DNA from: Deltaproteobacteria bacterium
GTDB lineage: Bacteria > Myxococcota > Kuafuiibacteriia > Kuafuiibacteriales > Kuafuiibacteriaceae
Reading direction: 5' to 3'
Length of the DNA stretch: 64,000 nucleotides
Assembly: GCA_040218735.1 (NCBI GenBank)
Contig: JAVJQW010000018.1
Span: forward strand, 1 to 64,000
Part shown: positions 53,530 through 62,394 of the stretch, piece by piece
Position numbering within the stretch: position 1 is the stretch's first letter
How the letters are laid out: the number at the start of each line of letters is the position of its first letter
The notes under the pieces: generated by a model
What the model saw: only the letters and a program-made list of their open reading frames with translations
Databases searched by the model: none
Told to the model about the DNA's origin: nothing
Program-made: the position numbers and the translations under genes

Positions 53530-54139
53530 CTCCACGTACCCGCGGAGGGGACGCGCTCTCGAAGAACCCATCGGCGCGCCGCGCGTCGAAGTAACGCGCG
53601 AGCCGGGGCACGGAGCGCTCCGGCACGTCTACGCCGTACGCCAAGCCCAACGCCATGCGTGCGGTGAGCGCGGCGTCCGCCATCGAGAAGGTCCCGCCGA
53701 AGTAGGTTTCGTCACCGAGCGCGGCGTCGAGGTAGGGCAGGGCGTCGAGGTACGCCTCCGTGCCGGCGTCGATGCGCTCTCGATCCCACTCGGCTCTTGG
53801 TTTGTCGCGCTTCTCGAAGATGACTTCGCGGATCGCGCGCCCGATGACCACGTCCGCATAACGAACCAGCTCACGCACTCGCGCGCGCTCGTGGGGCGCG
53901 TCGGGGAGCAGACCTCCGCGTGTCTCTTGCAGGTACTCGAGGATCGTCGACGAGTCCGTCAGGACCACGTCCCCTTCCACCAGCACCGGCACGGTGTTCG
54001 CGAAGGTGAGCGGCCGCCAGCGCGCCTCGGCCGCGGGGTCACGGTGATCGTACCGTTCGTAGGGGACGGCGAGGTGACCGAGGCAGAGCCGCACCCGGTA
54101 GCAGTAGGGGCACTCGGCCTTGTCGAACAGCTCGATCAT
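53504..54139 (-). CDS. Glutathione S-transferase family protein
   Basis: 'CPYCYRVR', 'VPVL', 'DSSTILEYL', 'FSMADAA'. Confidence 0.9.
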   Translation of the reverse strand: MIELFDKAECPYCYRVRLCLGHLAVPYERYDHRDPAAEARWRPLTFANTVPVLVEGDVVLTDSSTILEYLQETRGGLLPDAPHERARVRELVRYADVVIGRAIREVIFEKRDKPRAEWDRERIDAGTEAYLDALPYLDAALGDETYFGGTFSMADAALTARMALGLAYGVDVPERSVPRLARYFDARRADGFFESASPPRVRGVSAPARPE

Positions 54140-54723
54140 GGCTTCGCGAGGGCGTCGAGGTGCTCTTCGACGAAGTCGATACGGTCCTGGCCCCAGAAGA
54201 TCTCGTCGCCGATTACAAACGTCGGCACGCCGAAGATCCCACGCTCCTGCGCGGCGGCCGCGTTTGCCTCGAGCTGTGCGTGCCGCTTGGGGTCGTCGAA
54301 CGCCGCGATGACCTCGTCGCGATCCAGCCCGACGGAAGTCGCGACCTTCAACAGGATCTCCGGCTGCCCGATGTCCTGCCCGTGCGCCCACTCCTCGTTC
54401 ATCACGGCGTTTGTGTACGGACGCACGAGGTCGTGATCGATCGCGACGAGCGCCGCCAGCGCGGCGTTCGTCGGATCCGTCGTCTTCGGCGGCGGCACGA
54501 ACGGCACGTTCAGCCGACGTGTCCAACGCTGCACGTCCTGACGCGCGATGGGCATCTTCACCTTCGCGCGATCCGGCGCGGACCGCCCGTTCCAACCCCC
54601 GAGGGGCTTGAAGACGAGGCGGCCCGGGTGGTCGTCCTCGATCGACCACATCTTGTGCGTGGCGATGTAGCAGTACGGGCTGCGGTAGTTGAAAAACACC
54701 CAGACGTCGGTCTTGTCGGCCAT
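54136..54723 (-). CDS. DsbA-family / HCCA isomerase (kappa-GST-like) protein
   Basis: 'FFNYRSPYCY', 'GIFGVPTF', 'FWGQDR'. Confidence 0.9.
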   Translation of the reverse strand: MADKTDVWVFFNYRSPYCYIATHKMWSIEDDHPGRLVFKPLGGWNGRSAPDRAKVKMPIARQDVQRWTRRLNVPFVPPPKTTDPTNAALAALVAIDHDLVRPYTNAVMNEEWAHGQDIGQPEILLKVATSVGLDRDEVIAAFDDPKRHAQLEANAAAAQERGIFGVPTFVIGDEIFWGQDRIDFVEEHLDALAKP

Positions 54724-54728
54724 CGAAA

Positions 54729-55654
54729 TCAGCTCGCTAGCTTCTCGCCGCGGTTGGCGGCGGCCTCGATGTGTATCTGCCTGAGCTCGTCGTTCCAAGG
54801 GCTATATCGCTGTGACCCACCCGAGAGCCAGTGCAGGGAGAACTCAGCACCCGAACCGAACTTGCTCTTCTCGAGCGGCAGATCGATCCGGTCGTGGTCT
54901 TCACGCGTGAACGACACGGTCGGGTCCTTCCCGGCCTGCACCAACGCCATGTTGTCGCGGAACATCTTCCGCACCGCGATCACCCCGCTGTCGCTCTTGG
55001 CGAGGTGTTCGTTGACGCGGTCCGCGATGCGCCCCTGCGTCACCCACGCCATCATGTCCTGGCCCTCGATGTAGTCGGTGATGTACCGGCCCTTGTCGTC
55101 CATCCAAGGGATCTCGTAGTCCACGATCCGTCCGGTCGCGTCGTGCTCGATGCCGTCCGGTGCGTGAACCGAGTAGAACGCCACCCAGGTCTCGTCGTCG
55201 TCCCGGGGGACGCGGATCTGCATCTGATAGGTGCCGTTGCCGCCGACCCACATGCAGTACGGGAACACGAGCGGGTGGCCGATCTTCCAATCGTCGTCCT
55301 CCTCGGTCTGACCCTTGAGGACGCGCCGCTTGATGATGCCGTGCTCGAAGAGATCGAAGCCGACCCGCGTGTGCTCGACGCGCGCGAACGAGTCCGGGAT
55401 CGTACCTCCGGACTGCATCGCCGCGAGCCACGCGAAGTAGCGGTTGTGAAGCCACTCGACGTGGAACGGATCCACGGAGTTCTCCATGATCTGGAGCCAG
55501 TTGCACGGGAGCACGGTGTGGCCGACGTCCCGCACGCCGTCCATCACGTAGCCGCTGTAGTGGGGGAGTTTCGGCGCCGGTTTTTTTCCGATGTACGCCC
55601 AGATCAGACCACCCATCTCGTCCGCGAGGCTTCGTTGGCCTGTTGACTGAGCAT
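54729..55654 (-). pseudogene. Rieske aromatic ring oxygenase alpha subunit lacking its Rieske domain
   Basis: Catalytic domain is intact ('CNWLQIMENSVDPFHVEWLH', 'QDMMAW', 'EHLAKSD'). The native-looking start 'MLSQQANEA' (ATG 55654, with RBS) joins out of frame to 'DEMGGLIWAY', and no CxH/CxxH motif is present. Confidence 0.75.
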
Positions 55655-55684
55655 CGTCTCTCTCCCTGTCCGTTGAAATAGAAG

Positions 55685-56347
55685 CTAGGCCTCGACGTCC
55701 CAACTCACCTTCTGTGTCGTAGGAATCTCGATTTCGAGCGCGCGCTCGCGATAGGTCACCACGGCGTGCTCGCGGTCGCCGAAGACACGCATGTGCACGT
55801 CCTCGAGGTTGTAGGGCTCACCGGGATCGTGACCCATCGCCGACGTCGCGACGGCGCGGATCGGGCCCGAGTGGGTGCACACGAACACCCGCAGGTTGTC
55901 GGGCCCCTTCGAGACCTCCTCCACGATGCCGCGCCAAAAGCGCCGCACGCAGATCGCCGACGGCTCGAAGTACTGCATCGGCATCCGGAGCCAGTGGGTG
56001 ATCGGGTCGCCGCCCGCGGCCTGGATGTTCCAGAACCGCTGCATCTCGGTGAGCCAACCCGGCCAGTCACCGCCCTTTCGCTGCTCGTAGGTCTCGACCA
56101 ACGTCGCGAACGTCATGAACGCGCTCGTCACGTCCATCTCGTTGCCGTCGCACCAGACCTTGAAGTTGCGGAAGTGCACGCTGACGTGCGGCTCCTCGAC
56201 GTTGACGTCCGCACCGTTGCCGTAACGCGCCATGCCTGTGAGCAGACCTTCGCGCAGCGCGATCGCGGTCTCGGTCGCGCGTGCGGTGTCGGCGTGCGGG
56301 AAGCGGATCGTCATGCCCGGCTTCACGCCCGCGTCCGAGAAGCGCAA
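55685..56347 (-). CDS. Histidine-phosphatase-like protein, apparently N-terminally truncated
   Basis: 'ARATETA' and 'VCTHSGPIR' resemble phosphatase motifs; no RHG motif; in-frame stop about 10 codons upstream. Confidence 0.45.
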   Translation of the reverse strand: MRFSDAGVKPGMTIRFPHADTARATETAIALREGLLTGMARYGNGADVNVEEPHVSVHFRNFKVWCDGNEMDVTSAFMTFATLVETYEQRKGGDWPGWLTEMQRFWNIQAAGGDPITHWLRMPMQYFEPSAICVRRFWRGIVEEVSKGPDNLRVFVCTHSGPIRAVATSAMGHDPGEPYNLEDVHMRVFGDREHAVVTYRERALEIEIPTTQKVSWDVEA

Positions 56348-56423
56348 GGCCGAGATCGAGGCCCGAAAGTAGACTTAGTCCGGTCTGGTCAGCCGATCGG
56401 CGCGCGTGCTGTGTATACGCCGC

Positions 56424-57875
56424 ATGAGGTCGAGGCTCGTCCTGCTGTTCCCCCTGTTCGTCGCCTGCGCGGGCGTCGACGACGACACACCCGACCGTGA
56501 TGGCGGCGTCGCCCAATACGACGGTGGAGCGGTTCGCGACGCGGGCTCGACGCCGGACGCGGGCACGCCCGACGGCGGCGACGAGACCATCGAGGCCATC
56601 ATCGAGGTCGTTCAACCGATGATCGATGAAGGTTGGTACCCGAGTGTCTCCATCGCGTGGGTCGAGGCCGGCGAGGTGCGTTATCTCGGTCTCGGCGAAA
56701 CAGGACCCGGTGGCGCCGCGCCGACGCCGGACACCCTCTACGAGATCGGCTCGGTCACGAAGACGTTCACCGGGACGTTGCTCGGAGACATGATCGCAAA
56801 TGGCGAAGTGACGGCCGACGCCACGGCGCAGAGCGTGGCGTGGCCGACGCTGACGATGCCGACTCGTGCCGGCGCCCCCGAAATCACGCTGGAGGATCTC
56901 GCGACGCACTTCTCCGCGTTGCCGCGCCTCCCGTCGAACCTCGCGCCCGCGGATCCGGCGGACCCGTACGTCGACTACACGACGAATGACCTCGAGACGT
57001 TCCTCGCTGGCTACGCGCTACCGCGCGCGCCGGGGGCTTCGTTCGAGTACAGCAACCTCGGCGTCGGGCTGCTCGGGCAGCTCCTCGCGCACACGGCGTC
57101 GACGACGTACACCTCGCTCCTCCAGACGCGGGTGCTCGCGCCGCTCGGGATGATGGATACGACGTTTGTCCTCGACGCCGAGCAGCAGACGAGGCTCGCG
57201 CCGGGTTACGACTACAACGGTGAGCCGACCTCGAACTGGGACCTCGGGATCTTCGATCCCGCGGGTGGGTTGGAGAGCTCCGCGCGGGACATGATGTTGT
57301 ACGCGCAGGGCTACCTCGATCGCACGACGCTCGCGGATGCGATCGACGAGGCGACGACGCCGCGCGGGACGTTGGACCCGTCCGTGTCGGTCGGCCTGAA
57401 CTGGTTCATCGGCGCGGAGGCCATCTTTCACGACGGCGCGACCGGTGGGTACAACGCATTGTTCGTCCTCGTCCCCGATGATGACCTCGCCGTCGTCGTA
57501 CTCACGAACGGGTCCGGCTATCAGACCGGGGCGATGGGTTTCGCGGTGGTGCAGGCCATCCGCGGTCGCGCCACGAACCCACCGGATCCCAAGCCGACCG
57601 TCCCGGTCGAATCGTCGGTCCTCGCGGCGAACGCAGGGGACTACCGGTTGGTCAACGGGAACGTGCGCGCCACGGTGACGGTCCAGGGTGAGGACCTGTG
57701 GTTCATGCTCGACCAACAGCCGCCGCTCAAGCTCTTCGCGACGAGCGACCAGGCCTACTACGTGCGCGCCGTCGAGGCGTCGGTCACGTTCGACGCGCCC
57801 GACGGCAACGGTGACGTCGATGGCTTTCAGTTCGTGCAGGGCGCCGCGATGGGGCGCTTCGAACGCACGCCCTAG
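56424..57875 (+). CDS. Serine hydrolase (class C beta-lactamase-like) lipoprotein
   Basis: SxxK 'GSVTK', YxN 'YSN', 'HDGATGG'; lipobox 'FVAC'. Confidence 0.9.
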   Translation: MRSRLVLLFPLFVACAGVDDDTPDRDGGVAQYDGGAVRDAGSTPDAGTPDGGDETIEAIIEVVQPMIDEGWYPSVSIAWVEAGEVRYLGLGETGPGGAAPTPDTLYEIGSVTKTFTGTLLGDMIANGEVTADATAQSVAWPTLTMPTRAGAPEITLEDLATHFSALPRLPSNLAPADPADPYVDYTTNDLETFLAGYALPRAPGASFEYSNLGVGLLGQLLAHTASTTYTSLLQTRVLAPLGMMDTTFVLDAEQQTRLAPGYDYNGEPTSNWDLGIFDPAGGLESSARDMMLYAQGYLDRTTLADAIDEATTPRGTLDPSVSVGLNWFIGAEAIFHDGATGGYNALFVLVPDDDLAVVVLTNGSGYQTGAMGFAVVQAIRGRATNPPDPKPTVPVESSVLAANAGDYRLVNGNVRATVTVQGEDLWFMLDQQPPLKLFATSDQAYYVRAVEASVTFDAPDGNGDVDGFQFVQGAAMGRFERTP

Positions 57876-59659
57876 CGGGCGAGGACCGCCAACACCTTGC
57901 CGAACTCGATGGCGGCGTTGATGTCGCCGTCGACCTTCAGCTTGCCCTGCATGAACGCGGCGGTGCCGTCGAGCTCGCCGCGAGCCATCATCAGGAAGTG
58001 CGGCGTGTCCATCTGCAGCGTGCAGCGGACGTCTTCGCGCTCGCCGCGGTCTATCCGAGCCGGGGTCTGGTCGAGGTCGAATACCCAGCGCTCGACGTCG
58101 TCGCCGGTGACCGTGAACTGGAAGATGCCGTGCGCGGGGAGCTCGAGGTTCGGCGTCGCCGCGACCTTCTTCTGCGCCGCGACGAAGAAGTCCGAGACCT
58201 TGCCGTCGTTCGACGGCGCCGGGACGTCCTCGGGTTCCTCCAGCGGTAGGACCGCGGCCTCCAGCTCGTTCGCCGACTCACGTAGGTAGCGCGAGAAGTC
58301 ATCGAGGTCTGGCATCACCGCGGGCGACGACAGGGAGCTGATCGCCATGACACCGTCGTAGGTCGTGACCGTGATGATCAAACCCATCCCGTCGAGGATA
58401 GGCGCCATGGCCATCTGCGCGAGGAGGCGTGAGCCGTTCAGGTAGAGCGGAACCTGCGGGCCCGGGACGTTCGTGATGACGCAGTTGAACACCGGCCGGT
58501 GAAGGTTCGACATCTTCGTGCGTGAGTAGAGCCTCGCGGCCTGACCCGCGATGCCGAACGGCACCAACTCACTCGCCTGCATGAGCGCACGCGCGTCGAT
58601 CGCACCTTGGTAGGTCTTCTGCGCGACGGTCGTCTCGTGCACGCGGCGGACGCGGTCGAGCGGGTCGGCGACGTCGGTCGCGAGCTGAACGAACATCGCC
58701 GAGACGTGATTACCCATCGTGTTCTTCTCGGCGGCGGTGCGCGTCGACACCGGGACCATCGCGACGAGCGGCTCCTTCGGCAGCGCGTCCTTCGCCGCCA
58801 GGTAGCGGCGCAACCCACCCGCGCAGATCGCGAGGACGACGTCGTTCACCGTGCAACCCATGATGCGTTTGAGTTTCTTGACCCGGTCCAGCGAGAGGAG
58901 CGCGGTGTTCCACAGGCGGTCGGCGGAGATCGGTGCGTTGATCGGTGTCGGCGGCGCGTTGAAGGGGAGCGTCGGCGAAGCCTCCTTCTGCGCACGCGCG
59001 CGCAGGGTCGCCTTCACGCCTTCGCGTACCAACCCCGGGAGGAGCCGCGGCCGCCGCGCGAGCTGCTTCGCCGCCTTCTTCACGAGGTCGCGGTTCGACG
59101 GGACCGCGTAGGGTGCGTGCGTCATCGGCGCGGGGACGTTGCGCGGTTCCTTCGACAGATCGAACAACACCCCCGCGATGTCGACGCCCGACATGCCGTC
59201 GATCGCCGCGTGGTGGATCTTGCTGATGACGCCGACGGAGCCCGGCGGGATTTGTGGGATCTCGTCGAGTGCTTCGACGAACACCATCTCCCAGAGCGGC
59301 CGGCTCCGATCCAGCGGTCGCGCGAACAGCCGCGCGCAGAGGCGACGCAGCTGCCGCCAGTCTCCGGGTTTGGGGAGCGCAGTGTGGTGGAGGTGCCAGT
59401 CGATGTTGAAGTCCGGGTCGTCCATCCAGTACGGCTTGTCGAGGCCGAGCGGGACCTCGACGAGGCGTTGCCTGAAGCTCTTCACCAGGTGCAGGCGCGA
59501 CGCGAGGTGCTCACGGAACGCGTCGAAGTCGAGTGTGCCGTCGAGGATGCAGAGGCTCCCGACGTGCATCGGGGACCGCGGCGTCTCGAGGTACAGGAAC
59601 ATCGAGTCGAGCCCGGAGAGCGGCTCGAGGTGGTCGTCTTCCGAGAAGAGCGTCGTCAC
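57872..59659 (-). CDS. Wax ester synthase/DGAT fused to a C-terminal SCP2 lipid-binding domain
   Basis: 'PMHVG', 'RPLWE', catalytic 'HHAAIDG', 'TNVPGP'; SCP2-like 'AFMQGKLKVDGD'. Confidence 0.92.
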   Translation of the reverse strand: MTTLFSEDDHLEPLSGLDSMFLYLETPRSPMHVGSLCILDGTLDFDAFREHLASRLHLVKSFRQRLVEVPLGLDKPYWMDDPDFNIDWHLHHTALPKPGDWRQLRRLCARLFARPLDRSRPLWEMVFVEALDEIPQIPPGSVGVISKIHHAAIDGMSGVDIAGVLFDLSKEPRNVPAPMTHAPYAVPSNRDLVKKAAKQLARRPRLLPGLVREGVKATLRARAQKEASPTLPFNAPPTPINAPISADRLWNTALLSLDRVKKLKRIMGCTVNDVVLAICAGGLRRYLAAKDALPKEPLVAMVPVSTRTAAEKNTMGNHVSAMFVQLATDVADPLDRVRRVHETTVAQKTYQGAIDARALMQASELVPFGIAGQAARLYSRTKMSNLHRPVFNCVITNVPGPQVPLYLNGSRLLAQMAMAPILDGMGLIITVTTYDGVMAISSLSSPAVMPDLDDFSRYLRESANELEAAVLPLEEPEDVPAPSNDGKVSDFFVAAQKKVAATPNLELPAHGIFQFTVTGDDVERWVFDLDQTPARIDRGEREDVRCTLQMDTPHFLMMARGELDGTAAFMQGKLKVDGDINAAIEFGKVLAVLAR

Positions 59660-59676
59660 GGCCGACGCAGCATAGA

Positions 59677-60147
59677 TCAGTCGAGGAGCCGGTACATCAC
59701 GAGGGCGTCCACGTAGCCGTCCGACTCGTGCAGGAACGACTGGGGCAAGGTCCCCACCACGTCGAATCCGAGCTTCTTCCAGAGGTTGATCGCGGTCTCG
59801 TTGGTGGCGACGACCAGGTTGAACTGGAGCGCACGGAAGCCACGTTCGCGGGCGGCGGTCAGGGAGTGCTCGCCGAGCGCACGACCGACCCCTTGGTTTC
59901 GCGCGGCCTCGGTCACGGCGTAGGAGGCGTTGGCGACGTGTGCGCCGCGGCCCGGCTGGTTCGCGCGGAAGAAGTAGGCGCCGAGGAGCGCATCGCCTTC
60001 GACCGCGACGAACGCATGACCGCGGAGGAACGCCGAGACGAAGTCGTTGGCGTCCTCGAAGACATACGTCGTGCCATCCTTCACGATCGTCTGCGCGAGC
60101 TCGAAGAGCTGCGGAACGTCACCGTCGCGGAGCGGCCTGATCTCCAT
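59677..60147 (-). CDS. GNAT N-acetyltransferase
   Basis: 'HVANASY', 'RNQGVGRAL', 'FNLVVATN', 'LWKKLGF'. Confidence 0.9.
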   Translation of the reverse strand: MEIRPLRDGDVPQLFELAQTIVKDGTTYVFEDANDFVSAFLRGHAFVAVEGDALLGAYFFRANQPGRGAHVANASYAVTEAARNQGVGRALGEHSLTAARERGFRALQFNLVVATNETAINLWKKLGFDVVGTLPQSFLHESDGYVDALVMYRLLD

Positions 60148-60172
60148 CGGGGCCCGATACTAATCCCAAGCC

Positions 60173-61519
60173 TCAGTCCGCGAAACTGAACGCTGCCCAG
60201 CGCCGGTCGCTTCCGTAGGGGTGCATGCGCCGGGTCTCGGGCTCGATGGCCGTGACCGCCCCGCCGTGCCGGACGACGACCCACTGTCCGTCCCAGGACC
60301 AGGTGAGCTCGCGGACCTCGCCGAGCACGTAGAGGTCGTCGCGCCCGCGCTCGTCGACGAGGCGCACCGCGTTGCCGTCGTGGACGGCGACCCACCCGCC
60401 ACGGCCGTCCATGCGGCCATGGGTGACGCGGACCCCGTCGAGTCCGTCGATGACGAGACCGTCGCGGTCGAAGACGGCGAATCCTTCGGTGCCGAACGCG
60501 AGGAAGCGATCACTCGCCGCGTGGACCTCCGAGAGCGAGGTCCCCACCGTGGCCGGGACGCGGAAGTCGGTGAGGTTTCGGGTGTCGAGCATCCACATCG
60601 AACCGGTCGTGCGGCGGATGAACGTCACGTAGCGACCGTCGGGCGAGACCGCGAAGGATTCGATCGGCCCCTGCGCGCACCACGACTGGAGCCACCGTCC
60701 CTGCTCGCGCCGGACGAGGCAGCCGTCGCCCCAGCCGATCGCGGGCGCGAGCGTGCGGTAGAAGAGGAGGCGGTCGTCGCCGGCCCACTTCACCTCGAAG
60801 ACGAGGTGTTGCGGCGCCGGCTCGATCGACTGCACGCCGTTGCTCCCCAGGATCGAGAGGCGTTGGCGACCGAAGGCGAGCTCGGTGGAGGCATGGTTCC
60901 AGAAGACGTTCGCGGCGTCGCCGCTCGCCGGGTACTCGACCTGCGAGCCGTCGGCCTGGACGAGGCGGAGCTTCGTCGGGTCGCCGCGGACGCGCGCGGC
61001 GAGCGTCGTGCCGTCCGGCGACCACGCGCCCGCGGCACGATCGACGGGCTCGGTGGGGACGAGGAGCCCGCGGTCCACGTCGTACAACGCGGAGCCCCCG
61101 TCGTGGTCGACGATGACCCGTCGGCCGCCGGGGGCGATGAGCCCGAATGTAATGCCGGCCTCTGCCGTGACCCGCCGCGTCGTGAGCGTCGGCTCGACGG
61201 ACACGAACATCGTCGCTTCTTTCGTGAACGGATCGAGGTAGCGCGCGTAGGCACCCGCCACCGATCCGCCGAAGCTCTCGTGCAGGACCGGCGCTCCAGG
61301 ATCGGCCAACGCGGTTCGGACGCCGTTGCCGTCGGCGTAGTCGACCTCACCTTCCTCGGTGAGGAGCCACAGCGGAGGAGGCGGAGCGTCGGGCGGTCGA
61401 TCGGCGATGATGATCTGTCGAGTGAGCGGGCCGCTGTCGGCGTTGCAGGCCCCGAGGAGGAAGCAGAGGACGGTCATCGAGCGACGCACGCACCGAGAAC
61501 GGCGCGTGCGTCGTGACAT
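60173..61519 (-). CDS. TolB-like/WD40 beta-propeller lipoprotein
   Basis: Lipobox 'LGAC'; repeated 'WSPDG', 'VSPDGR' and 'WSWDG' blades. Confidence 0.75.
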   Translation of the reverse strand: MSRRTRRSRCVRRSMTVLCFLLGACNADSGPLTRQIIIADRPPDAPPPPLWLLTEEGEVDYADGNGVRTALADPGAPVLHESFGGSVAGAYARYLDPFTKEATMFVSVEPTLTTRRVTAEAGITFGLIAPGGRRVIVDHDGGSALYDVDRGLLVPTEPVDRAAGAWSPDGTTLAARVRGDPTKLRLVQADGSQVEYPASGDAANVFWNHASTELAFGRQRLSILGSNGVQSIEPAPQHLVFEVKWAGDDRLLFYRTLAPAIGWGDGCLVRREQGRWLQSWCAQGPIESFAVSPDGRYVTFIRRTTGSMWMLDTRNLTDFRVPATVGTSLSEVHAASDRFLAFGTEGFAVFDRDGLVIDGLDGVRVTHGRMDGRGGWVAVHDGNAVRLVDERGRDDLYVLGEVRELTWSWDGQWVVVRHGGAVTAIEPETRRMHPYGSDRRWAAFSFAD

Positions 61520-61532
61520 ATCGCGACAAAGA

Positions 61533-62183
61533 TCAGCGGATCGCGCGAATCGGAGCGAGGGCTCGCGCGCGACGTCTGAGCCAAGGGACGTCGCGCTCCG
61601 GGGCGTCGATGCGGAGCGTGAACGGCGCGTCGACGGTTCCGGTCGGCGTGACGTCGATCGGTTCGTCGTACAGCTCGCTCAACACGTTGCGGGCGATCGG
61701 TGCGCCGCGCTCGAAGGTCTCCCGGTCGTTCGGCGCGTAGAGCGGATCGTGAACGGCGACTTCGAAGCTGTCGGTGCGCACGGTGAAGCTCGGTGGCGTG
61801 CGCGGGTCGTCGCCGATCCGGGTGACCAGCTCCAGCGTGCGGCCGATGGATTCGAAGAGGCGGAGGCGCACGGGGGCGCTCCATCGACGTCGCTGCACAC
61901 GGGTGAGGCTCGCGTGCGGGCCGTCGGTCAGCACGTAGTGCGCGTTGGTCGCGACGAGGAGGAGGCTACGCGATCCCGGGACCTGCGTGATGACGTCCAC
62001 GAGCGACTCGCCTTCCAAGCCCTCGATCACGAGATCGTGGAACACGGCGACGAGCGCCGACAGATCGGCGGCGAATGGGTTGTCGAGGTGGAAGCGCACC
62101 GCGATCTTCGGTGACGCGAAGGGCCCCGGCAGGGGGTGGAGCGGGCCGAGGCGTTCCGCCGCGGACGAGGGTCTGTGGGTCAT
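61533..62183 (-). CDS. Hypothetical protein
   Basis: Strong AAGGAG RBS upstream; GC-rich coding-like frame. Confidence 0.65.
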   Translation of the reverse strand: MTHRPSSAAERLGPLHPLPGPFASPKIAVRFHLDNPFAADLSALVAVFHDLVIEGLEGESLVDVITQVPGSRSLLLVATNAHYVLTDGPHASLTRVQRRRWSAPVRLRLFESIGRTLELVTRIGDDPRTPPSFTVRTDSFEVAVHDPLYAPNDRETFERGAPIARNVLSELYDEPIDVTPTGTVDAPFTLRIDAPERDVPWLRRRARALAPIRAIR

Positions 62184-62298
62184 GTCGGTCTCCTTCGACG
62201 ACGATGCGTCGAGTCCGGCCGCCTACCTGAAGCGGCTCACGTTCGGGGGGTGAACGAGGACGGGCCCGCGCGATCGAGGAGGTGGACGGTCCGCCTCT

Positions 62299-62352
62299 TC
62301 AGCCGCGGGGCCGAAGACAGGTGCAACAGCGGTTCGTGAAGACGCGCACCAT
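62299..62352 (-). CDS. Candidate 17-aa Cys-rich leader peptide (MVRVFTNRCCTCLRPRG)
   Basis: ATG lies 12 nt after a -10 box; three clustered Cys codons; followed by stem-loops and the RBS of the next gene. Confidence 0.45.
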   Translation of the reverse strand: MVRVFTNRCCTCLRPRG

Positions 62353-62364
62353 GGGGACGTGTCG

Positions 62365-62394
62365 AGGCTAAGGCTCTCAGCGCGGCGCGGTCAA
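62365..62394 (-). promoter_or_regulatory. Putative sigma70 promoter TTGACC-N18-TAGCCT
   Basis: -35 at 62394-62389 and -10 at 62370-62365 on the minus strand. Confidence 0.5.

Noticed and set aside
62190-62310. Partial likeness to a c-di-AMP (ydaO) riboswitch (GCTGAA...CCGAAC...GGTAGGC)
   Set aside because: The central conserved GGGGA/GGGGTGAAT elements are missing on that strand; the leader-peptide model fits better. An Rfam scan would settle it.
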